Virus record (IMG/VR): IMGVR_UViG_3300037200_000348
Span: 1 to 52,150 of that record
Length of the DNA stretch: 52,150 nucleotides
From: a virus
Lineage: Duplodnaviria > Caudoviricetes
Reading direction: 5' to 3' (one strand)
A program made the translations under genes and the position numbers. Within the stretch, counting starts at the first letter, position 1, and each line of letters starts with the position of its first letter. The notes under the pieces were generated by a model. It was given only the letters and a program-made list of their open reading frames with translations. It was not told where the DNA came from and ran no database searches. Below are positions 45,602 to 52,150 of this stretch, piece by piece.

Positions 45602-45695
45602 AGGGTTCCTCCAAAGAAAAATGGGCGGCGCCTTCGCGTGCCCGTCATTCTTTGCCGAATGACCCGTCAGCCCCTATGTGGGGCTATCCATCGCC

Positions 45696-46091
45696 TTAGT
45701 CGTCCTCTTCTTCGTCATCCACTTCACCGTCGCCGTCGCCAACGGGGACGAATTGCTGCTCAACCTCTTCGGGGTCGCCGGTCGTAACTTCGTCGCCGTC
45801 GACCTCGTAGGGAACCTTCCAGGCGGCATCCTCGGTGTTGCAAAGCACGACGCCGTATTCCGGGAACGTCGCCACGACGTCTTGGTAGTGGCTCCCTGGG
45901 GCGCCGATGCTCATGCCGTCATTGCTGCCGACCGGCTCCGGATGCTCGCAACCTGAACCCGCAATGAGATACGGTCGCACGAGCTTCATGTGGTCCTCAT
46001 AGGAGCCCGTTGTGAAGCTCTTGCGTAACTCCATCTCGCGCGAGACGAGCGCTGACATTTTACGCCCGGCGGGAACGTCTATCTTCGCCAT
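45696..46091 (-). CDS. acidic head-module protein
   Basis: LRKSFTTG; VPY...G.EV..G.P.EV; acidic tail. Confidence 0.6.
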   Translation of the reverse strand: MAKIDVPAGRKMSALVSREMELRKSFTTGSYEDHMKLVRPYLIAGSGCEHPEPVGSNDGMSIGAPGSHYQDVVATFPEYGVVLCNTEDAAWKVPYEVDGDEVTTGDPEEVEQQFVPVGDGDGEVDDEEEDD

Positions 46092-46127
46092 GGCGGGCTT
46101 CTTTCTCGCTAGGGGCCCTCGGTACCG

Positions 46128-46268
46128 CTAAGCTTTGGGTTCGTAGTCGCGTTCCGGGTTGACCCAACGCGCTGGCGGGGTAGGGTCCGGCACAACCACG
46201 GCTTCCTTTCGCTTCATCTCTTCGTACTCGAAGTCGCCCATCCAGGCGCGAAGCTCGTCCTCGTTCAT
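46128..46268 (-). CDS. 46-aa acidic ORF, candidate antitoxin/immunity protein
   Basis: Manual translation MNEDELRAWMGDFEYEEMKRKEAVVVPDPTPPARWVNPERDYEPKA; GGGAGAA RBS; own promoter. Confidence 0.65.
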   Translation of the reverse strand: MNEDELRAWMGDFEYEEMKRKEAVVVPDPTPPARWVNPERDYEPKA

Positions 46269-46285
46269 ACTTCTCCCTTCACCTC

Positions 46286-46314
46286 ATTATACCATAAAGT
46301 CAAAGAGTCGTCAC
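46286..46314 (-). promoter_or_regulatory. internal promoter for the 46-aa ORF
   Basis: GTGACG-17nt-TATAAT with TGG extended -10. Confidence 0.7.
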
Positions 46315-47927
46315 CTTCCGGCATAGTCCGGGGAGTTCGGGTCTTTCATGCGATGAGCAAGCGGCTTTTTGGGTCTCGTGTCAGGCGTCAAGGGCGCTTT
46401 ATTGCCGCAATTCCAGCATTCTCGATGCGCGTATGGGCCAAAGCCCTTGAGCGAGCCAAATTTATGCGGACACTTCGATGGTTTCGGGTCTTCGAGCGCT
46501 TTGTCTCTAGCGGCCTTGGCCGCGGCGGCTTTTTTTGGGTGAACAAATCCCTTGGGCGGTCCATCGGGAGTCATCCCAGCGTTGAGCGCCTCCTCGATGT
46601 CGGGCGCGTTCATCGTTGCCTTGGGCACATGCGTGATGCGCCGACCCTTCGCGCCTTCGCTTGCCGCGAAAGCCCGTAGCTTGGGTGATATCAAGGCCGC
46701 TTTGGCATGCGTTGCAGCGAGGGCCGCTGGGTCTACCGTGCGCTCACGCCCCTGATTGCGGTACTGCGCCACGGCGGGATTTGCGACGTTTCCGAGATGA
46801 TCGGTCGCCTCGGCGAAGTCGACGTTGTAGCCGTTATCCAGCGCCTGGTTAGCCCAGTCGCCATACTTGATATTGCCGACCGAATCGTAAACGAATGAAC
46901 CATTCTCGGGGTGGGCGATGGCGTCCGCGAGTTTGTTCTTCACGACATGCGAAGAAAGCTCGTGCGTGAGGCCGCCGTCAAACTCGGTGTCTGGATTCGT
47001 TCCGTCGTTGAAATGGCCATGCGACATATCGCCGCGCGCCGCGGCTTCTGGGTTTCGCGGTCCCGTGATCGTGCTGCGTGCGAAGTCGTGGGCATCCTTG
47101 TACTTCGTCGCGGCGCGCACGTGGGCGTGCACGGCCTCGATCTGTTCCGGAGTGTAACGCGCGAGGTCCGCACCCGTCTTTGGGCCGCTTGGGCCATACA
47201 TATCTGAAGCCGAGGCGGCCTCGTGGTCGCGCGTCTCGCCTTTCTTATCGCTATAGAGTGGGTTCTTTTTCTTCTCAGCATCGGAATCGAAAACACGGCT
47301 CGGGTGAAAGCCGGGCTGCGGGGCAACGAATGGGTCGTCATCGCGGCCATCACCCGCTTCGTAAGTCGTTCCGTCCTTGCGCTGTTGGCCGCCGTTGCCG
47401 ACGTAGTCTTCTACAACCGAACCCTTACCTACAGCGCCTCCACCGATCGTGAAGACGCCGGTCGGGCGGCTTGGGTCGAGAACTGGCAAGTCGCCAGTAC
47501 GGCGACGCTCTGCGATGGAGCGGTCGTAGTTCACCGCCCCCGACTCGGGGTGCGTGTGCTTGTCCTCGATGCGCTGTCTTTCGGTTCTTGGCTTACCGGA
47601 GAGTAAGGAACCCGCGCGTGCGAGGAGTCCGTTGACGGCAGCCTTTGCGCCATGCGCGAGGCGCCCCGTTGTATCGGCGCGGCCAGAACCTGTCGTCATG
47701 CCCTTGGGGTCGTTCTTGCCGTTGTGTTGCGCGTCAGCGCCGTAGTGCTCATGAAGCGCCTCGGCGGCCTTCGAATGCGCCTCGCCAGCGCTTACGAATC
47801 GCCCAGCCTCGCCATGCTCGTGACCGGCGGCGTCTTTTGCCTTCACCACGCGCGGCGGCTTCGCAGCGTCCACCGCATCGGCGAGCTTACGGACATTCTT
47901 CGGAACGGCATCGCCGAGCTTAGCCAT
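46311..47927 (-). CDS. Zeta-toxin/AAA_33-like P-loop kinase with low-complexity N-terminus and C-terminal Zn ribbon
   Basis: VFTIGGGAVGKGS (Walker A), VFDSDAEKK, HELSS, SFVYDSVG, GYNV, A..RN..RERTV; CPH...CWNC. Confidence 0.7.
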   Translation of the reverse strand: MAKLGDAVPKNVRKLADAVDAAKPPRVVKAKDAAGHEHGEAGRFVSAGEAHSKAAEALHEHYGADAQHNGKNDPKGMTTGSGRADTTGRLAHGAKAAVNGLLARAGSLLSGKPRTERQRIEDKHTHPESGAVNYDRSIAERRRTGDLPVLDPSRPTGVFTIGGGAVGKGSVVEDYVGNGGQQRKDGTTYEAGDGRDDDPFVAPQPGFHPSRVFDSDAEKKKNPLYSDKKGETRDHEAASASDMYGPSGPKTGADLARYTPEQIEAVHAHVRAATKYKDAHDFARSTITGPRNPEAAARGDMSHGHFNDGTNPDTEFDGGLTHELSSHVVKNKLADAIAHPENGSFVYDSVGNIKYGDWANQALDNGYNVDFAEATDHLGNVANPAVAQYRNQGRERTVDPAALAATHAKAALISPKLRAFAASEGAKGRRITHVPKATMNAPDIEEALNAGMTPDGPPKGFVHPKKAAAAKAARDKALEDPKPSKCPHKFGSLKGFGPYAHRECWNCGNKAPLTPDTRPKKPLAHRMKDPNSPDYAGR

Positions 47928-47929
47928 AG

Positions 47930-48454
47930 TTAGAGCCCCTCACTCACGAACCGTTCCGCGACGAAGGAGTTTTCTCCGTCAACGCTGAGGTCGAACATGA
48001 TTCCCGCGTATTCCACGAGGACGCGAGGCGGCATCTCAAGGGCTGCCGCATTCGACGTGAAGAGCACACGGCCAAAGACCGCGACCGGCGCGATACCCAA
48101 AGCGATGTGACACGACCCGCGGTCGATGACCATGCCGCGCGGTCGTAGCTCGGCGCGGGGCGTGCGCGCTATCGCCTCTTCCCAATCCTCATACGCCACG
48201 CACATGAGCGGCGTGTAGTCGGGCGTACGAGCGACCTCCGTGAACGCACCGCTCGCGAGCCGTAGCTTCGTGTCGAAGGTGACGCCGAGGCCGTCTATCC
48301 AAATGATCGTCGTGTCGACGTACCTCGGGATAGGGCTGCACGCGAGCTTATGAAAGCGCGCGTCCTTGCTGAGTACGACGTCGCCATAGCGAAGATTTCG
48401 TACGGGCACGAGGCCGCGCTCGGTTACCGCACGCGAGGCGGGGAGCACGCTCAT
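47930..48454 (-). CDS. stand-alone degenerate Hint (intein-like) domain
   Basis: Block A-like SVLPASRAVTERGLVPVRNLRYGDVVL; block F/G-like MFDLSVDGENSFVA; lacks block B His and terminal HN. Confidence 0.75.
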   Translation of the reverse strand: MSVLPASRAVTERGLVPVRNLRYGDVVLSKDARFHKLACSPIPRYVDTTIIWIDGLGVTFDTKLRLASGAFTEVARTPDYTPLMCVAYEDWEEAIARTPRAELRPRGMVIDRGSCHIALGIAPVAVFGRVLFTSNAAALEMPPRVLVEYAGIMFDLSVDGENSFVAERFVSEGL

Positions 48455-49383
48455 GCGGCGCGTGCGAGTTCAGCCGTCCATGGCAGATAAAGGCACCTGC
48501 ATGAGGGATGGACGGGAATGTACGGACCCCATTCGCCAGTCTTAGTGCGAAAATTCGATTTCCCGATGAGGTCCTCAATGCGGTGCACCTTGCCGTCGAT
48601 GAGGCGCAGGCAGTGATCGCATGTGCTTGGGTCGTGCGCGGAGCTTCCGACAACCGACGAGTACCCTTGATCGAGGTACTCTTGCAGTCGGCCCGCCGAC
48701 TCGGCGCGACTCGTTTCTGTTACTGCGATGCGCTCGAAGTCGGTCGTGAAGTCTTGATTGATGTTGCGCATGGCACGCGCGACTTCTTTCGGGTTCGAGC
48801 CCGTCGCAATGCCGCCAATGAGTTGGTTGCGAAGTTCGTGCTTGAGGTGATCGAGCTTGCTGTCGATTTCTGAAAACGAGTAGTGCCCGAGGAACTCGAT
48901 AATGCGCCGGTCCTCTGCGAGCACGGGACGCATCATCTGATTCCCGCCGCGGCCGAGGCGGCGCGCAAGGTCGGCAGACGCCGCCGTTGCAAGCGACTGC
49001 CCGATGAGGTACGCCTTCATCGGTTCGAGCGCGAGCGCGGTCATTGTGCGCATCTTCCACTCATCGAGTGGCTCGGTCGCCTTCCATGGGTCGATGCCCT
49101 GCCACGTCCCGCCGTTGGCGGCGTACAGTTGGTCGACGATACTTGCGATATCCGCGAGCGCCTTCTTCTGATTTTCCGTTAGTAGCCTATAGTAACTAAG
49201 CTCTTGGCGGCCAATCTCTGCGTGCCCTGGATGGTCGCCCGGGCCGCCGGTCGTATCGGCTTTTGCAATCGGGTAACCCCACGCATCTTGAAGAGCCCCG
49301 ATTGCCCTGTGCATCGGGGCTCCCTCGCGCACGCGCACGAGCATGAGGTGAAAACTCGCTTCGATCGCGGCGGCGTCGAACAC
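48451..49383 (-). CDS. MuF / SPP1 gp7-like minor head protein
   Basis: ERIAVTETSRA, TCDHC...DG, P.HPSCRC. Confidence 0.9.
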   Translation of the reverse strand: MFDAAAIEASFHLMLVRVREGAPMHRAIGALQDAWGYPIAKADTTGGPGDHPGHAEIGRQELSYYRLLTENQKKALADIASIVDQLYAANGGTWQGIDPWKATEPLDEWKMRTMTALALEPMKAYLIGQSLATAASADLARRLGRGGNQMMRPVLAEDRRIIEFLGHYSFSEIDSKLDHLKHELRNQLIGGIATGSNPKEVARAMRNINQDFTTDFERIAVTETSRAESAGRLQEYLDQGYSSVVGSSAHDPSTCDHCLRLIDGKVHRIEDLIGKSNFRTKTGEWGPYIPVHPSCRCLYLPWTAELARAA

Positions 49384-49389
49384 GAGGCC

Positions 49390-49848
49390 CTATGGGGCCG
49401 GGCGCAGCGCCACTAAACCGTCGTTCTCGGTGACGAGTTGCTGGCCGAGTGCGTCCGCGACGCTCGGGGTGCTCACGCCGACCACGTAGCTCGTGGGCGT
49501 ACCGGCGCCGATGACGACGGTCACCGTGTCGCCTTGAGCCGCAGAATGACGGCGGACCGGCTGGTGGATACCGGTGGCGTTGGGAGAGATGCCGAGCGCG
49601 TTGAGCGGGTTGTTGAACCCGGCTGTGGTTGGGCCGCCCTGCGCGATGATCGGCGCGAGGTCGACGGCCTGCTTGTCGTTGTAGTCGAGTTGAACCTGAA
49701 CGTCTGCGGAGGCCGAGGCGCCCGACTCCACCGTTTGCGCTGGCCGCGTCCGAATCGCGAAGAATACCTCGGTTACGCCCGTAAGCGGGGTTCCGTTGAG
49801 CGACAAGAGCGGCGTCGTGCCCGGCTTGTAGAGATACGTGTTGGCCAT
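49390..49848 (-). CDS. hypothetical virion-module protein
   Basis: GGGGAG RBS between portal and MuF. Confidence 0.6.
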   Translation of the reverse strand: MANTYLYKPGTTPLLSLNGTPLTGVTEVFFAIRTRPAQTVESGASASADVQVQLDYNDKQAVDLAPIIAQGGPTTAGFNNPLNALGISPNATGIHQPVRRHSAAQGDTVTVVIGAGTPTSYVVGVSTPSVADALGQQLVTENDGLVALRPAP

Positions 49849-49850
49849 TT

Positions 49851-51707
49851 TTAGGGCTCCCCGGGCGCTGCGAGCATCTTACGCAGCACGACGTCGAGTT
49901 CAGCGATGCGCTTCTGGGCAGCGTTCGAAGGCGCTTCACTCGGCCCCTTCGGTGCGGGAGGATTCGGTGGGTGCGGTGGCTTCGGCGCGTGCGGCGCCGG
50001 GGGCGCGTTCGTGGGGGCCTTGCCGTCATGCTCGCCCTCGTCGCCGCCGCCGGGCTCTCCGGGCGCACCGGGCGGTTGCGGAGCTTGCGGAGGTGGGAGA
50101 ATGGCGAGGTCCTCGACCTTGCAACCCGGTTGCGCCTGAAGAAACAAAATATCGCCGCCTGGACGCGGCGGTAAGCCAATCTCTTTGCGGACCTCATTGA
50201 TCGTGAGTACGCCCGTGCCGATGAGTGATTCGGCACGCTGGGCGTCTTCGAGCTTCTTGTCCGCATTGTTTTGAACGAACTCGAACTTGACGTCTCGGAA
50301 CGGGAAGCACGCCTCCGAATGACCAAGAAGCGAGTCGACGTTCATTGGGTCGTCGCGAAGCCAGAGACGGCCCTTGATGACCTCGCCGTTTATGAACCCC
50401 GCAATCATCGTGCCATACGAATTTATGCCATGGCTCTGCGTGAGGTCGGCTTGCGTCTCCGACGTCGTGCGGTGCAGGTCTTCGGTGAATCCGATATCGT
50501 TGAGCGACAGCCCGTACGCGGCGCACTTGATGTTCGCCCAATACTTGAGAATGTCGATGATTTCCATGTCTCGGTTCGTGCCGTTGTTAAGCGGAATGAA
50601 TCCCTTCACGCCCTCCTTCGAGCCGATAAAAATGCCGAGGCGCTGACCTTTATTGACCTTGTTGTCCCACTCGGCTTCGACTTGGTCGCGCTCGTCTTGA
50701 CTGACGTTCGGACCGAGGTCGAACACGAAGTTCGGGATGTTTGAGTTCGAGAATCCCTCATTGATGTACTGGTCGCCGTACATCGAGCCGACCATCTTGC
50801 GTAGGATGACCAGGATTGGCGACGTGCCATACCCATTGCTCGCGGGGTTCATGCGGAAGTATACGAGTTCGTTGTTATTGTATGACGCCTTGATGCGCGC
50901 TGAGTCATACCAATCGTAGGCAATCTCCGGCGGCTGCGGCGTTGAGAGGTCCTCGCAGCGATAGATACGCACCTGGTCGCCCGGAATCACGTAAAGCTCC
51001 GCGAGACGCCCGTCGAACGTCGGGTTCTTGATGAGGCCGACCGAATCGTAGAGCGTGAGGTTGTCGACGATCGTGTCAAGCAACGAGCGAAATGATGAGT
51101 CCGACGACTGGTTCGGATGTTCGAAGAGCGCCTGCACGCGATTGATGTGGCCCTCGGCAACCGCGTTGTGGTATTCGAGGCAAGACTCGAAAAACTCGCG
51201 CATGCGCATCGAGGTCGATGGCGTCTCGCCTTCGGCTTGCATGTCGCGCGTGACGTTGCGAAGCTCGCCGAGCGCCTTCCAGAAGAAGTCCGGCTCCAGC
51301 ACCTGCGGGACGAACTTTAGCTCGAATCCCGGGTGCGTCATATTCAGTTGGACGATCGTCTGCCAGCGCTTGAGGTCAGCCTTGATTTTCTCGGTGTCGG
51401 GGACGATCTTCCACTTTAACTCGCCGATGGCGCGACGAAGCGTGTTGCGGACCGCGAAGACGATATCGTCACGAGCGGCAAGCTCCTCGATCGAATAGCC
51501 GGGCGCCGTGATGCGTGGCGGCGGGTCTTGGAGATTCTTGACGGCCCCGCGGGGGATGTTCGCGGGTTTGCCGACCGGGTCGGCACCCTTGCGGGGCTCG
51601 ATCGGAGAACCAAAAAAATACGAGACCAAGCTCTTGCGAATGGTCGCGAGCCCAGAGCCACGCTGTTCGATCGTGGCCGGTGGCTGGAATGAGTAGCGGT
51701 CGTCCAC
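49851..51707 (-). CDS. portal protein
   Basis: GYGTSPI, F.N..IP, RDME...KCAAYGL...IG, G.LTINEVRKEIGLPP..GGD. Confidence 0.92.
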   Translation of the reverse strand: MDDRYSFQPPATIEQRGSGLATIRKSLVSYFFGSPIEPRKGADPVGKPANIPRGAVKNLQDPPPRITAPGYSIEELAARDDIVFAVRNTLRRAIGELKWKIVPDTEKIKADLKRWQTIVQLNMTHPGFELKFVPQVLEPDFFWKALGELRNVTRDMQAEGETPSTSMRMREFFESCLEYHNAVAEGHINRVQALFEHPNQSSDSSFRSLLDTIVDNLTLYDSVGLIKNPTFDGRLAELYVIPGDQVRIYRCEDLSTPQPPEIAYDWYDSARIKASYNNNELVYFRMNPASNGYGTSPILVILRKMVGSMYGDQYINEGFSNSNIPNFVFDLGPNVSQDERDQVEAEWDNKVNKGQRLGIFIGSKEGVKGFIPLNNGTNRDMEIIDILKYWANIKCAAYGLSLNDIGFTEDLHRTTSETQADLTQSHGINSYGTMIAGFINGEVIKGRLWLRDDPMNVDSLLGHSEACFPFRDVKFEFVQNNADKKLEDAQRAESLIGTGVLTINEVRKEIGLPPRPGGDILFLQAQPGCKVEDLAILPPPQAPQPPGAPGEPGGGDEGEHDGKAPTNAPPAPHAPKPPHPPNPPAPKGPSEAPSNAAQKRIAELDVVLRKMLAAPGEP

Positions 51708-51734
51708 GTTGCCCCTGACTACGAGCGGTATCGC

Positions 51735-51971
51735 TCAGGGGTTCGGCTCTTTTGACCCCATTCCCTTAATCGGAACATCACCCGCTCGCAGAGGCCGCAG
51801 CACGCGGTAACTCACGCTGACCACTTGCTCAGCTAACATAGACCCGCCGCAGTGTGCACAATCAATCTCCTCTACTCCGCCGCCAGGCGGCCAGCGACGG
51901 TCCCATAGGTCGTGCATCGTCTCTTTGCAAAACGGACAAATCACTAAATATCTCCATGTGCGGCGTGCCAA
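51735..51971 (-). CDS. small Zn-ribbon protein
   Basis: CPFC...CAHCG; GGAG RBS. Confidence 0.55.
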   Translation of the reverse strand: MARRTWRYLVICPFCKETMHDLWDRRWPPGGGVEEIDCAHCGGSMLAEQVVSVSYRVLRPLRAGDVPIKGMGSKEPNP

Positions 51972-52150
51972 ACGAGTGACTCCGCGTCGTAGTCTTTCGG
52001 CTTGACCGCCGCAATCTGCTCTGGCGTGAGGCCCTTAATGGCGCGACGGTGCGGGCGAACGATTGTCCAGCCCCCACTCGGCTTCTTGCGCGGGAAGCTC
52101 CGCACCCAGTGCGGCTGGCGCGTGTAGACGTTCTCTCCGCGGAGCGATTG

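Noticed and set aside
49196-50326. 376-aa Arg/Ser/Pro-rich alternative-frame ORF over portal and downstream genes
   Set aside because: Composition typical of off-frame GC-rich translation; region already explained by three genes
1-52150. Lifestyle and host assignment
   Set aside because: No integrase, att site, classical repressor or terminase in the window; host cannot be determined without searches, and the DdrB homologue alone does not prove a Deinococcus host

Overview
A 52 kb, GC-rich (roughly 60-65% by eye) segment of a tailed phage or prophage with a contractile (myovirus-type) tail. No integrase, terminase, tRNA or CRISPR array is visible. The right two-thirds (about 17.8-51.7 kb, minus strand) is the virion and lysis module: portal, MuF, XkdF-like prohead protease, scaffold, SPO1/A511-like major capsid protein, neck, sheath, tube, chaperones, tape measure, baseplate, fibre and SLT endolysin. 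The left third holds replication, recombination and accessory genes: DEDDh exonuclease, frameshifted MazG-like gene, Dcm, intein-containing DnaB, DUF1376-like initiator, RusA, ParB-like protein and SSB. Short plus-strand islands are driven by near-identical sigma70-type promoters sharing a GCTCGCT spacer motif. Four observations stand out. (1) A homologue of the Deinococcus ssDNA-annealing protein DdrB sits in the phage recombinase slot. (2) A MuF / free-standing degenerate Hint domain / Zeta-like P-loop kinase / small self-promoted acidic ORF cassette lies in the head module. (3) A C5 DNA methyltransferase carries an intein, an overlapping EcoHK31I-beta-like ORF and an HNH endonuclease written in its +1 frame. 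(4) Several intergenic regions look like structured ncRNAs. All family assignments come from motif recognition and remembered sequences, not database searches.
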